Part shown: positions 28,399 to 38,507 of the stretch, in pieces
Numbering within the stretch: the stretch's first letter is position 1
Layout of the letters: the number at the start of each line of letters is the position of its first letter
NCBI GenBank assembly: GCA_017527905.1
Contig: JAFXPK010000051.1
Location: forward strand, 16,388-80,387
DNA from: Paludibacteraceae bacterium
GTDB taxonomy: Bacteria; Bacteroidota; Bacteroidia; Bacteroidales; Paludibacteraceae
Length of the DNA stretch: 64,000 nt
Direction of reading: 5' to 3'
Made by a program: the position numbers and the translations under genes
Notes under the pieces: model-generated
Seen by the model: only the letters and a program-made list of their open reading frames with translations
What the model was told of the DNA's origin: nothing
Databases searched by the model: none

Positions 28399-30248
28399 AC
28401 GAGTTGTTTCGCGAAGCTCTCCTCCCCCGCGACGACGCGCACGAGGTAGATGCCCTTCTCCAGGCCGCCGCAGTCCAGACCGCAGTAGGTTTGACCGGAG
28501 ACTGCCTTGCTGAGACGGATGCATCCGAGGGCGTCGATCACCTCCACCGTCACTTGCTCATTCAAGAGCTTGCCGAAGTGGACGTTCAGACGGTCTTGTA
28601 CCGGGTTCGGGCTCAAGACGCAGCTTATCTCCTCACGCTCGAAGGCCTCCACCGATGTGAACACCTGCGGCACAGGGTTGATCTTGGAGTTAATGTAGCC
28701 CAAAGCACCGACCAGACCCGCATTGTAGTCGACGCCGCCCTCGGTTCCCTCATAACCGCTGACCTCATCCGTGTATTCGCCATCATTCAACGAGCCACCA
28801 ACCAAATAACCCAGTTGGGAGAACTTGTAGTTGTTGTCGATGCTTGGCAACTTATCCTTTTCGAGAGCCAGCTTCCTGATATCGGTTCTATACACGTTCC
28901 GATGGTGGGGCTTGCTAGGGTATTTGTCTCCAAATCCCACGATGTAGGAGAAGCTCCGTCCGTTGTGGCCCATGATATAGTCGATAGAGGCCGAGGTGTA
29001 CGGATTGATTGTTTCCGCACCAGTCAATTTATCGTACAAAGCATACACGAAAGCCTGGTTGGCAGGATAACGGAGTACGCCCCAATCGTCTGTTTGTTTG
29101 TTTAACAGGAAGCCTGAAGTAGGCTTATACATGGTGTGGACGTAGTATCCTAATATTTCGAGAGCCTTTGCCCCATAGGTTGAGGCATCTCCCAACGACG
29201 CTACAGCGTAGGCGGCCAAATCTTCCCTGTGGTCGTAGCAAAGGGAGAAGTTGTAGTCATACTGGCTCATATCGTTCATCCAGCCACAGTTCTCCTCCGC
29301 CTTCCTCAGGTACTCCGGATCATTCGTCGTTTTATACAGTTCCACGTACATGACGACCATATCATGGACATAGCGGTCACCCACATGATAAAAGTTCTGG
29401 TCTTTCCCGTCCGCCACCAGCGGTTCACCCCACGAAGTGCCTTTCTCCGTTGTTTCCACGAACTCGCAGGCCACCTTAGCTTTCTCTAGGCAAGCGTCGG
29501 CGTAATCCTTATCGTATGGGGCATACACGCGCGCCATCACAGCAAGTGCGGAGGCTGCTTGCGATGCCATGGCCGTGGCCTTCCCCGTCGCTTTCATGAT
29601 CATGCGCGGACCGTCCGCATCCCCACCGATAGCGTTCGGGACACCGGATCTGACCGATGAGGTGCACCACACCTTATGGTCCCAATAACCATCACCCTTC
29701 TGGTAATAGAAGGTCTGGTTGTCCCGTACCGCCTTCAACATGAAGTCCGTGGCATATTTCACCTCATTCAGGATATCAGGGATGCCGTCCGGTTTGCCTT
29801 GCTTCCCCTCCCACGTGTAGTCATCCGAATCGATGTAACCGTGGTAATCCTCCGAGTAGAAGTCAGGATAACCCTCCGGGAAGGATGTATATCCCAACAA
29901 CAACATGTAGGCGGAGAAATAGAAGGTCTGGCCGAAGAGCACATAGTCTCCACAGTCGAACCATCCGCCCGTCAAATCATAATCACCGTCGGCGTCATTG
30001 AGGAAAGACTTCCCCTGCACGAATTTACTGCTGTCGAATTGGACGTCCTCGCTCACTTCGCCTGGCACATGAGTCGCAATGAGCCAATTCACACCCTCAC
30101 CCATTCTTTGTGCCCCGTAAAACCGTGTTGTCATCCACAACGCCTTTTGATACTGTTCCTTTTCGAATGTTAATTCACTTTGTGCGAACGCACCTACACA
30201 CATAACACTACATAAGAAACCCACTACAGAATGCTTTAGTTTGTTCAT
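28389..30248 (-). CDS. GH9 endoglucanase-like glycoside hydrolase with T9SS C-terminal sorting domain (copy A)
   Basis: GH9 motifs present: YQKALWMTTRFYGAQRMG, DLTGGWFDCGDYVLFG, SYIVGFGDKYPSKPHHR (this fits the GH9 signature as I recall it) and YTDEVSGYEGTEGGVDYNAGLVGAL. The C-terminal SPNPVQDRLNVHF...GIYLVRVVAGEESFAKQLVKN resembles a T9SS CTD. Confidence 0.88.
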   Translation of the reverse strand: MNKLKHSVVGFLCSVMCVGAFAQSELTFEKEQYQKALWMTTRFYGAQRMGEGVNWLIATHVPGEVSEDVQFDSSKFVQGKSFLNDADGDYDLTGGWFDCGDYVLFGQTFYFSAYMLLLGYTSFPEGYPDFYSEDYHGYIDSDDYTWEGKQGKPDGIPDILNEVKYATDFMLKAVRDNQTFYYQKGDGYWDHKVWCTSSVRSGVPNAIGGDADGPRMIMKATGKATAMASQAASALAVMARVYAPYDKDYADACLEKAKVACEFVETTEKGTSWGEPLVADGKDQNFYHVGDRYVHDMVVMYVELYKTTNDPEYLRKAEENCGWMNDMSQYDYNFSLCYDHREDLAAYAVASLGDASTYGAKALEILGYYVHTMYKPTSGFLLNKQTDDWGVLRYPANQAFVYALYDKLTGAETINPYTSASIDYIMGHNGRSFSYIVGFGDKYPSKPHHRNVYRTDIRKLALEKDKLPSIDNNYKFSQLGYLVGGSLNDGEYTDEVSGYEGTEGGVDYNAGLVGALGYINSKINPVPQVFTSVEAFEREEISCVLSPNPVQDRLNVHFGKLLNEQVTVEVIDALGCIRLSKAVSGQTYCGLDCGGLEKGIYLVRVVAGEESFAKQLVKN

Positions 30249-30343
30249 ACTTACTGATTAATTAAATTAAATGTTTACGTTAATTATCCCCCATTTGGTG
30301 TCCTACTGATATACCCTAAATAAAGTAGACAACCATATACATA

Positions 30344-30351
30344 CAAATATA
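30344..30351 (-). promoter_or_regulatory. -7 box TATATTTG (minus strand)
   Basis: caaatata lies 96 nt upstream of the ATG at 30248. Confidence 0.45.
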
Positions 30352-30462
30352 CAATAATTTATTGGCTCACGCAATAACCTTGCGCATAATTTGACATGCG
30401 TCAATTTACGAATCTCAAAGAGGCAAGTGCCAAACGAAGCCAACCTAGTGCCTGGACAAACA

Positions 30463-30502
30463 TTGGGGGCATACGAATCACAGAAGATTCGTACGCCCCC
30501 AA
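30463..30502 (-). terminator. Hairpin terminator after GH9 copy B
   Basis: A 17-bp stem with one mismatch (ttgggggcatacgaatc / gattcgtacgcccccaa). The T-tract on the minus strand is weak. Confidence 0.5.
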
Positions 30503-30593
30503 CAATCAGTCACACAATTAAAAATCAGATGCTAAGGATTAAGAACACATTCGACATCTAACCTTCAAAAGATAACATCCAACGTCTAAAAAA

Positions 30594-32468
30594 CTATTTC
30601 TTGATGAACTGATTCGTGAAAGTCTCGCTGCCTGCAATGACACGCACGATATAGATGCCCTTCTCCAAGCCGCCGCAGTCCAGGCCACAGTAGGATTGTC
30701 CGGACACCACCTTGCTGAGGCGGACGCATCCGAGGGCGTCGATCACCTCCACCGTCACTTGCTCATTCAAGAGCTTGCCGAAGTGGACGTTCAGACGGTC
30801 TTGTACCGGGTTCGGACTCAAGACACAGCTAATCTCCTCACGTTCGAAGGTCTCCACCGAGGTCTCTTCTTGTGGGATAGGGTTGAGTTTAGCGTTGATG
30901 TATCCCAATGCGCCAACCAATCCGGCATTGTAGTCGATACCACCCTCGGTACCTGAATAACTTTTAACATCATCAGAATAATTACCGTCATCCAATGAAC
31001 CTCCAACCAGATATCCCAATTGGTAAAATTTGTTGTTTTTATCTAATGCAGGTAATTTTGCCGCCTCCTCTTTAGTATTCAAATCATTGATATCCGACCT
31101 GTACGCATTTCTATGGTGAGGCCAGACTGGATATTTGTCACCAAACCCGACAACGTAAGAAAAGTTCTGTCCATTACGACCCAAAATATACTCTATTGAA
31201 GCAATGGTATATGGATTGAATGTCTCCACACCCATTAACTTGTCGTACAAAGCATACACGAAAGCCTGATTAGCCGGGTAACGAAGCGCACCCCACGAGT
31301 CACCTTTTTTGTTCAGCATATAACCCGAAGTGGGTTTATACATGGAATTAACGTAGAATCCCAAAATTTCCAACGCTTTTGCTCCGTAAGTTGACTCATC
31401 ACCCAAAGAAGCCACAGCGTAGGCTGCCAAGTCTTCTCGATGGTCATAGCAAAGCGTATAATCATAGTTGTACTCATCCTTATCGTCCATCCACGAGCAA
31501 TTCTCCTCTGTCTTTCTCAGATATTCTGGGTCTTTGGTAGTTTTGTAGAGTTCCACATACATGGTGACCATATCGTGAACATAACGGTCTCCCACGCCGT
31601 AGTATCCTCCTATATACATACCCCACATACTTTGTCCACGCGGTTCCCCAACCGTAGTTCCTTTTTCCGTTTTTTCCACAAACTCGCAGGCCACTTTCGC
31701 TTTTTCAAGACATGCGGCCGCATAGTCAGGATCGTATTTCGCATACACGCGCGCCATTACGGCGAGTGCAGCACTGGCTTGTGAGGCCATGGCAGTGGCT
31801 TTGCCTGACACCTTGTAAATCGGACGCGGGCCATCCGACTCTCCTCCCAAACTTGCCGGAATGGCGGATTTGACCGTTGAGGTACACCACACCTTATGGT
31901 CCTGATCACCGTGTCCCTTCTGGAAGTAGAAGGTTTGGTTGTCACGTACGGCTTTCATTATATAGTCCGTGGCATATTTCACCTCGTTCAGGATATCAGG
32001 AATACCATCCGGCTCCCCTTTTTTCCCTTCCCATGTATAATCATCCGCATCAATGTAGCCGTGATAGTCCTCTGAATAGAAGTCCGGATATCCCTCAGGG
32101 AAAGCGGAATATCCCAACAACAACATATAGGCGGAATAGAAGAATGTTTGTCCAAAAAGCACAAAGTCACCGCAGTCGAACCAGCCACCCGTCAAGTCAT
32201 AATCGCCGTCGGCATCCTTGAGATAGGATTTACCCTTCACGAACTTACTGCGATCGAACTGGATTTCGTTACTTACGTCGTTCGCCTCATGCGTCGCCAC
32301 GAGCCAGTTCACACCCTCGCCCATACGTTGCGCACCATAGAAACGTGTGGTCATCCACAGCGCCTTTTGGTACTGCTCATTGCTAAACGATAAGTCCACT
32401 TGTGCATACGCACTGCTACACATAATGCTGCATAGAAAACCCAATACTGAATACTTTAACTTACTCAT
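30594..32468 (-). CDS. GH9 endoglucanase-like glycoside hydrolase with T9SS C-terminal sorting domain (copy B)
   Basis: It has the same motif set as copy A: FYGAQRMG, GGWFDCGDFVLFG, SYVVGFGDKYPVWPHHR and YSGTEGGIDYNAGLVGAL. The CTD is nearly identical to that of copy A. Confidence 0.88.
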   Translation of the reverse strand: MSKLKYSVLGFLCSIMCSSAYAQVDLSFSNEQYQKALWMTTRFYGAQRMGEGVNWLVATHEANDVSNEIQFDRSKFVKGKSYLKDADGDYDLTGGWFDCGDFVLFGQTFFYSAYMLLLGYSAFPEGYPDFYSEDYHGYIDADDYTWEGKKGEPDGIPDILNEVKYATDYIMKAVRDNQTFYFQKGHGDQDHKVWCTSTVKSAIPASLGGESDGPRPIYKVSGKATAMASQASAALAVMARVYAKYDPDYAAACLEKAKVACEFVEKTEKGTTVGEPRGQSMWGMYIGGYYGVGDRYVHDMVTMYVELYKTTKDPEYLRKTEENCSWMDDKDEYNYDYTLCYDHREDLAAYAVASLGDESTYGAKALEILGFYVNSMYKPTSGYMLNKKGDSWGALRYPANQAFVYALYDKLMGVETFNPYTIASIEYILGRNGQNFSYVVGFGDKYPVWPHHRNAYRSDINDLNTKEEAAKLPALDKNNKFYQLGYLVGGSLDDGNYSDDVKSYSGTEGGIDYNAGLVGALGYINAKLNPIPQEETSVETFEREEISCVLSPNPVQDRLNVHFGKLLNEQVTVEVIDALGCVRLSKVVSGQSYCGLDCGGLEKGIYIVRVIAGSETFTNQFIKK

Positions 32469-32545
32469 TTTGTCTGTGTTTTAACATGATTACTTACTTA
32501 GAAACATTTATTTGTCATTTATACCTTTGGGGATAAATAGGCATG

Positions 32546-32553
32546 GCAAATAT
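32546..32553 (-). promoter_or_regulatory. -7 box TATATTTG (minus strand)
   Basis: caaatata lies 78 nt upstream of the ATG at 32468. It sits inside a block shared with 33626-33650. Confidence 0.5.
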
Positions 32554-32640
32554 ACGATTTTTTATTAGTTGTTGTCACTCCCAGGTGTTTTTTTAATGAA
32601 TCGTATGGGGCGGGATTATTGTTCCATGTATGTTGAGAAT

Positions 32641-32679
32641 AGAAAACCCCTACGGGGTATTTCCCCGTAGGGGTTTTCT
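32641..32679. terminator. Strong palindromic hairpin after the 32737-33555 gene
   Basis: A perfect 17-bp stem: agaaaacccctacgggg / ccccgtaggggttttct. Confidence 0.6.
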
Positions 32680-32736
32680 AATGCGTTCATCGTCCGTCGT
32701 TATCATCGCAGGGACGATGTACAATACCCATCGTCT

Positions 32737-33555
32737 CTACCTCTTCAACGCTTTATTCTCCTCCCTCAACTGCTCAACCTCCTTCTGCAGGCGGATCAGG
32801 TGAAGTGTGAGTTCCTCCACTTTTTCGAGCAGAAGATTGCTCATCTCAGAAACGTTCATGCCGTTCTCCTTGAACTCTGATGCGGAAGGCACACCCGGAA
32901 GGTGCTTGTTACTCTTCACGAAAGCCTCCACCTCGTCCAACGATTTCAGGTCGTACCCCTCCTCGAACACATAGTCGGCGGCGTTGTCCATCTCCACATT
33001 GATCTCCTTGGCGGTGATACCTTTGGTGTTCACCTCGTCCGAATTCACCTTGTTTGTGTTGACCTCAGCCACACGGATCTCCTCTTTGCAGACAATCTTG
33101 CCATCTACGTTCATGACACCGGTTTCCTCATTATTGAACTCACCGAATTTGAAGTTGTATTCAGAGGCATTGAAGCTCATGCCTTTATAAGCCGATCCAA
33201 TCGCATTCACTGAGGTGAATTCGACACCAGTATCAACGTGTGCTGAATCAGAAGAAAAACCCATTATAAAAACAACTGCACCTTGATGAGGTTGAGAATA
33301 CATCACAAAGGAAGGGGAAACCGATTCTCCTGTGCGATTCGGCATCATAGTAATACTACGTTCTACTGTTAAGTCACCTATATCACCACGATTGCATAAG
33401 GCACTTTCAGTAGTAACAGAACTGGCCTTCACATATTCTGTCTCAACTAAATTCTGTGACAAAACCGTGTCGGCTTCAACAAATGATGCGTGAGCGGCGA
33501 CGAAGGAGAAAGACGTCATAAGTGACGCCAATAAGTATTTGAGCAATGATTTCAT
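32737..33555 (-). CDS. Secreted protein of unknown function with C-terminal coiled coil
   Basis: The signal peptide is MKSLLKYLLASLMTSFSFVAAHA. The C-terminal region is DYVFEEGYDLKSLDEVEAFVKSNKHLPGVPSASEFKENGMNVSEMSNLLLEKVEELTLHLIRLQKEVEQLREENKALKR. I recall this as a recurrent C-terminal module in Bacteroidota proteins but cannot name it. Confidence 0.6.
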   Translation of the reverse strand: MKSLLKYLLASLMTSFSFVAAHASFVEADTVLSQNLVETEYVKASSVTTESALCNRGDIGDLTVERSITMMPNRTGESVSPSFVMYSQPHQGAVVFIMGFSSDSAHVDTGVEFTSVNAIGSAYKGMSFNASEYNFKFGEFNNEETGVMNVDGKIVCKEEIRVAEVNTNKVNSDEVNTKGITAKEINVEMDNAADYVFEEGYDLKSLDEVEAFVKSNKHLPGVPSASEFKENGMNVSEMSNLLLEKVEELTLHLIRLQKEVEQLREENKALKR

Positions 33556-33636
33556 ATAATAAAAACATTAACAGTTACACATTTAATGCCATGTTCCATT
33601 CCTTGGCTCAAGATGACCCTCTGGTAAATAGGCATG

Positions 33637-33644
33637 CAAATATA
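33637..33644 (-). promoter_or_regulatory. -7 box TATATTTG (minus strand)
   Basis: caaatata lies 82 nt upstream of the ATG at 33555. Confidence 0.5.
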
Positions 33645-33730
33645 CATCTATTTGCTATTTATTTGCGTTATTATTGTGTTTTTTGAAATATTTTACACAG
33701 ATTTTTATTCCATCATGGTTGGTGACGCCC

Positions 33731-33768
33731 CAAAACGAAGCGTGCGCATCACCCTATGACACGCACGC
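33731..33768 (-). terminator. Hairpin terminator after the OM barrel gene
   Basis: The stem is gcgtgcg / cgcacgc, followed on the minus strand by ttcgttttgg. Confidence 0.45.
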
Positions 33769-33790
33769 CGCATTTCTTGTCTGAGGAACA

Positions 33791-36334
33791 TCAGAAATCA
33801 ATATCGTCATATTCCTCCACACCACCCGACTTGCTTTCGCTGTCCTTTCTCTTTTGTCCCTTCGTATTGGACGAAAGGTTACCGAAGTTATAGGAGAGCG
33901 TCAAACTCAAGGTTCGTCCGCTGAACTTGAACTCAGACTTCTGATAGAAGGTATCGTCCCATGTCTCGGATCTTCTCTTCCGGGAGTTCAACAAATCACG
34001 CACCGCCAGCGTGGCCGTGAGTTTTTGCTTGAAGAAAGGTTTTTTCAGTCCAAAATTGACGTTATAGTCATACAATGTCTTACCCTGTGCGGTAGCCCTC
34101 GGGGAACGATAGTTGCCGGAGAGTTGCATCTTGATCGATTTCGGCAGGAAGAAATCGGCGGAGAGTTGTCCCGACCAACTGAAATTACTTCTGTCATGAA
34201 TGGTCACCTCCCTGCTGATGACACCCTCTCCTGGGGTAACCGTACTCACATTGAAGAGACCGCCCTCCAATGCGTAGTAATAGAGATTGACGTTATAGGA
34301 AAGGGTCGCAACCTTAAACTTATTCTTCAGGACGAGCTCCAAACCGCTCGAATGCGCCGTCGCCAGGTTGGCGCGGGTATTCCACATCACATCATCAGAG
34401 ACCCAGCCATACTGCTGAACCAAGTCCTGCGTGAGCTTGTAATAGAGGGAAGTCATGAAGGTTGTCTTCTTCATGTTCTTGACATAGCTGAACTCCGTGG
34501 AATTGGTGATTTCCGGATCCAAGTCCGGATTACCGAAGTAGATGTTAGACGGGTCGGAGACATTGACGCGCGGATTGAGCCAATAGCGGCGCGGACGGCT
34601 GATACGACGGGTGTAGCTCAACTGCAGCTCGTCATTCTCAGAAAGCGCATAGGAGAAGAAGGCGCTCGGGAAGAGGTTGCCGTAAGGCTTCTTATCGTCG
34701 TGGTCCCCTGTCGAATAGAGGTCCCACGAGATGTCGGTCAACTCGCCCCTCAAACCCAACTGCATACCGAACCTTTTCTTTTTATGGCTATAAGAGAAAT
34801 AGGCGGCATAGACATTTTGCCTCAATTCGAAATCATTGTCCAGCTCCGGCTGCTCTGTCCGAGTGTCCTCCCCGAATGGCAGGATCTCGGAAGTAACCTT
34901 GTTGCCTTGGGTACTGAAGGTGGCCTTCACACCGGTCTCGATCTTATCGTTATTGTTGATCTGCTTCATGTAATCACTCTGGATCCCCAACGTATGGTTA
35001 TGACCGTCCGAGTTCTGGAATTGCACGTAATCCGACGAGCGGAGATCCTGCAGCAACGTGTCGATGGCCGCGTTATAGTTCGTCCTTTGCTCATATTCCT
35101 GGTCGTTCATGTTCTTGTTAGGCAAGAAGCTGACGGAAGAGGACCATTCGTTGTTCTCGGCGAATATATGCTTATAATCGAACGTGACGTTACCCATCAC
35201 CCGCAACCCGTCTGTGGAGGTCAGTCGTGACTCCATCAGGCCTGGCACTTTATGTCCGTTCAGGATCTCGCCCCTGTTATAGGTCAACTCTTGGGAATTG
35301 TCCCTGCCTCCGACGGAGAGCATACCCGACAAACCGAGTCTATCCTTGCTGCTAGCGGCGTAACCGACGTCGATGCGGAAGAAGCCGGAGCGCATGTTCG
35401 CATCCTGGTCTCTGTCCTGACTAAGGTAAGAGGTATCCCCCCTGTATGTTTCGCGGTCGGTGAAACCGCCACCCACCATGTTGCGGTTGATGAGTCCTGC
35501 GCTGGAGGTAAGATTCCACTTATCCTTCGCATAGTAGATGTTCGCGCCCACATTCTCACCGAAACGACCGTTCCACGGATAGATGACACCCACAGAAACG
35601 GAGCCGTAGTAGGTCGATTTTTTCTTCTCATCCGTTTTCATGACGATATTGATGATACCGACAGACCCCTCCGCATCGAACTTCGAGGAAGGGTTGGAGA
35701 TGATTTCCACTTGCTGTACGCTACCGGCAGGCATCTGTTCGAGGATATCCCCACGGTTCTCCTCCGTAAGTCCGGCAGGCTTTCCGTTGATGTAGATCTC
35801 CACGTTCTCGCTGTTGCGGAGGGAGACCTTACCTTCCACGTCGACCTCCACGGATGGTATTTCCTTCAAGATCTCGGAAGCGGAAGTTCCGTCCGCTATC
35901 GCACTGTTGTTCACCAAATAGGTTTTCTTATCGATATCGACCTTCATCGTAGACTGAGTGCCGCTCACTTGGATCTCCTGCAGCATATCGACGTCCTCGG
36001 CCAACACGATCTTCTTGTAACGGGCGTTCGGTTTCTCCTCCGAGAGGGAAATGTTGATGCGCCTATCCTTATAGCCCATGAAACTAACCTCCAGGACATA
36101 ATCGTCCAACGATAGGCCATCGATGAGGAAGTAACCATCATCGTCAGTGAGTTCACCGGTGACTTGGGTGGTTCCATCACTGGAGAAGAGGATGACATCC
36201 GCCATCGGCAACGTATTGCCGTCTGGATCAAACACCTGACCGGAAATTTTCGAAGCACCCCAAGAGGCCAACGAACATGAAAAAAGAATCGTTGTCAGGA
36301 CAAATACACGTTGTATCAAGGCTTGTAGTTTCAT
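33791..36334 (-). CDS. TonB-dependent-receptor-like outer membrane beta-barrel protein with N-terminal carboxypeptidase-regulatory-like domain (not SusC-type)
   Basis: After the signal peptide, KISGQVFDPDGNTLPMADVILFS...YVLEVSFMGY is a CarboxypepD_reg-like fold. It is followed by a plug-like region and a long alternating beta-strand region ending SLTLSYNF. There is no SusD-like neighbour. Confidence 0.75.
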   Translation of the reverse strand: MKLQALIQRVFVLTTILFSCSLASWGASKISGQVFDPDGNTLPMADVILFSSDGTTQVTGELTDDDGYFLIDGLSLDDYVLEVSFMGYKDRRINISLSEEKPNARYKKIVLAEDVDMLQEIQVSGTQSTMKVDIDKKTYLVNNSAIADGTSASEILKEIPSVEVDVEGKVSLRNSENVEIYINGKPAGLTEENRGDILEQMPAGSVQQVEIISNPSSKFDAEGSVGIINIVMKTDEKKKSTYYGSVSVGVIYPWNGRFGENVGANIYYAKDKWNLTSSAGLINRNMVGGGFTDRETYRGDTSYLSQDRDQDANMRSGFFRIDVGYAASSKDRLGLSGMLSVGGRDNSQELTYNRGEILNGHKVPGLMESRLTSTDGLRVMGNVTFDYKHIFAENNEWSSSVSFLPNKNMNDQEYEQRTNYNAAIDTLLQDLRSSDYVQFQNSDGHNHTLGIQSDYMKQINNNDKIETGVKATFSTQGNKVTSEILPFGEDTRTEQPELDNDFELRQNVYAAYFSYSHKKKRFGMQLGLRGELTDISWDLYSTGDHDDKKPYGNLFPSAFFSYALSENDELQLSYTRRISRPRRYWLNPRVNVSDPSNIYFGNPDLDPEITNSTEFSYVKNMKKTTFMTSLYYKLTQDLVQQYGWVSDDVMWNTRANLATAHSSGLELVLKNKFKVATLSYNVNLYYYALEGGLFNVSTVTPGEGVISREVTIHDRSNFSWSGQLSADFFLPKSIKMQLSGNYRSPRATAQGKTLYDYNVNFGLKKPFFKQKLTATLAVRDLLNSRKRRSETWDDTFYQKSEFKFSGRTLSLTLSYNFGNLSSNTKGQKRKDSESKSGGVEEYDDIDF

Positions 36335-36356
36335 ATTCTATTTTTTTTAGTTGCGT

Positions 36357-38492
36357 TTAGTTTTCCGTCGAGCGAGGAGGATCCAACGAAGACTCGGTGG
36401 TCACCTCGGAATCCTTTTCCTCTTGGGAGGCTGGCGTTTCCGGAGCTGGTTCGGTCGAAGCGACGGCTTCCGGATCATCAGCATGGTGAGTATCCTTCTC
36501 TCTTTCTTCCTTATCCTTCGCCTCAGCGTTCAACTCATCCGCACGGGAGAGCCAAGGACGTTTTCCGAAGATACGTTCCACATCTTCCGTGAATATCACT
36601 TCCCTTTCTATCAAAAGGTTAGCCAATTCAATCAAGCCATCCTTGTGTTCAAGGAGGATGTTCTTCGCCCTCGCATACTGTTCATCTACAAGGGTCTGTA
36701 CCTCCTTGTCGATAAGTTTAGCGGTCTCTTCGCTATAAGGCTTCGAGAAGGCGTATTCCGAAGCGCCGGACGAATCATAGTAAGAGATATTGCGCAATTT
36801 ATCGCTCATACCATAGTAAGCGATAAGGGCATATGTCTTCTTGGTGGTATTCTCCAAATCATTGAGTGCGCCGGTCGAGATCTCTCCGAAGATGATCTCC
36901 TCAGCCGCCCTACCCGCGAGCGTGGAGCATATATCATCCAAGAGATGGGCTGTCGTGATGTGCTGACGCTCCTCCGGCAGATACCAAGCGGCGCCGAGGG
37001 CTCTTCCGCGCGGCACGATGGTCACCTTGATGAGCGGATTAGCGTATTGGAGCATCCAGCTCACAGTGGCGTGACCCGCCTCATGGTAGGCAGTCAGAGC
37101 CTTCTCCGACTTCGTCATGATGGTGTTCTTCTTCTCCAGACCGCCGACGATACGGTCGACAGCGTCGAGGAAGTCTTGCTTCTGCACGTTGTTCTTTCCC
37201 TTACGAGCCGCGATGAGGGCAGCCTCGTTGCAGACGTTGGCGATGTCCGCACCCGAGAAACCAGGGGTTTGTTTAGCGAGGAACTCGATGTCCACGGTCT
37301 CGTCTATCTTAACGTTGCGCAGATGCACGTTGAATATTTCGCGGCGACCCACCACATCAGGCAGGTCCACCATGATTTGCCGGTCGAATCGGCCTGGTCT
37401 AAGCAAAGCCTTGTCGAGGATGTCGGCGCGGTTGGTGGCGGCGAGTATGATGACACCGCTGTTGGAACCGAATCCATCCATCTCCGTCAACAATTGGTTC
37501 AAGGTATTCTCCCGCTCGTCGTTTCCGCCCGAGTGGATGGTTTTTCCTCTGGCGCGGCCCACCGCATCGATCTCGTCTATGAAGACGATACAAGGAGCTT
37601 TCTCCTTCGCCTGGCGGAAGAGGTCACGCACACGGGAGGCACCCACACCCACGAACATCTCCACGAAATCGGAGCCGGACATCGAGAAGAAAGGCACCTC
37701 CGCCTCTCCGGCCACAGCCTTGGCCAAAAGGGTCTTACCCGTTCCCGGAGGGCCCACGAGCAAAGCACCCTTAGGAATCTTACCTCCCAATTCGGTATAT
37801 TTGGCAGGGTTCTTCAGGAAGTGTACAATCTCCTGCACCTCCTCCTTCGCCTCCGAGAGGCCTGCCACGTCCTTGAACGTTATTCTATCCTTGCTGGAAT
37901 TCTTATCGAACAATTTCGCCTGCGATTGTCCCACATTGAAGATGCCGCCACCGACACCTCCACTTCCCATTCTGCGGAACATGAAAATCCATATGAGAAC
38001 GAAAATGAGAATCGGGGCTATCCCGTAGAATATATGGCCATATTCCGGATCCTCCTCATACTTGATGGTTAAATGGTTCTCCTCTTCGGCGCTTTGTCCG
38101 TCAGCCTCTTTTCCCTTGACTTGCTTACCCTTCACCGCCTTGTCCTTCTTCTGCCACTTGCTGAGATCCTTGGCGAAGCGGTCGGCGGAAGGTATCTGGA
38201 TCTCCACGACAGGCTTGACCACATCCTTGGCGCGTTCTTTCCCGAAGACCTCCTCTATCTTGCTAGGCTTGATGTAGATGCTAGCTTGGTCTTTGTTCGT
38301 CGTCACGACAACCTTTTCGACAGCGTCATTCTTGACCATATCCTCGATTTGGTCGTACGTGAAATCCTGGCCCACCGGCTTGTCGTCCATGAACAACAAG
38401 GAGACAAGGAACAGACCTACCAGCAAGTATACCCAGTAGAGGTTAAACTTAAACTCTTTCCTGAAATTCGGTTTATTGTTGTTATCAGCCAT
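36357..38492 (-). CDS. ftsH: ATP-dependent zinc metalloprotease FtsH
   Basis: Walker A is [17 protein letters not shown], the second region of homology is present, and the zinc motif is HEAGHA. The product is 711 aa. Confidence 0.95.
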   Translation of the reverse strand: MADNNNKPNFRKEFKFNLYWVYLLVGLFLVSLLFMDDKPVGQDFTYDQIEDMVKNDAVEKVVVTTNKDQASIYIKPSKIEEVFGKERAKDVVKPVVEIQIPSADRFAKDLSKWQKKDKAVKGKQVKGKEADGQSAEEENHLTIKYEEDPEYGHIFYGIAPILIFVLIWIFMFRRMGSGGVGGGIFNVGQSQAKLFDKNSSKDRITFKDVAGLSEAKEEVQEIVHFLKNPAKYTELGGKIPKGALLVGPPGTGKTLLAKAVAGEAEVPFFSMSGSDFVEMFVGVGASRVRDLFRQAKEKAPCIVFIDEIDAVGRARGKTIHSGGNDERENTLNQLLTEMDGFGSNSGVIILAATNRADILDKALLRPGRFDRQIMVDLPDVVGRREIFNVHLRNVKIDETVDIEFLAKQTPGFSGADIANVCNEAALIAARKGKNNVQKQDFLDAVDRIVGGLEKKNTIMTKSEKALTAYHEAGHATVSWMLQYANPLIKVTIVPRGRALGAAWYLPEERQHITTAHLLDDICSTLAGRAAEEIIFGEISTGALNDLENTTKKTYALIAYYGMSDKLRNISYYDSSGASEYAFSKPYSEETAKLIDKEVQTLVDEQYARAKNILLEHKDGLIELANLLIEREVIFTEDVERIFGKRPWLSRADELNAEAKDKEEREKDTHHADDPEAVASTEPAPETPASQEEKDSEVTTESSLDPPRSTEN

Positions 38493-38507
38493 TTCCGTTT
38501 CAAAATT

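Noticed and set aside
33854-36115. Plus-strand ORFs 33854-35230 (458 aa) and 35252-36115 (287 aa)
   Set aside because: They are antisense to the outer membrane barrel gene. Their composition is Arg/Leu/His-rich with no signals.
33791-36334. Possible SusC-type transporter marking a polysaccharide utilisation locus next to the GH9 genes
   Set aside because: No SusD-like gene is adjacent. At 847 aa the protein is shorter than typical SusC proteins and looks like the generic CarboxypepD_reg + beta-barrel family. It is separated from the GH9 genes by an unrelated gene and terminators.
36351-38072. 573-aa plus-strand ORF
   Set aside because: It is antisense to ftsH, whose identity is unambiguous.
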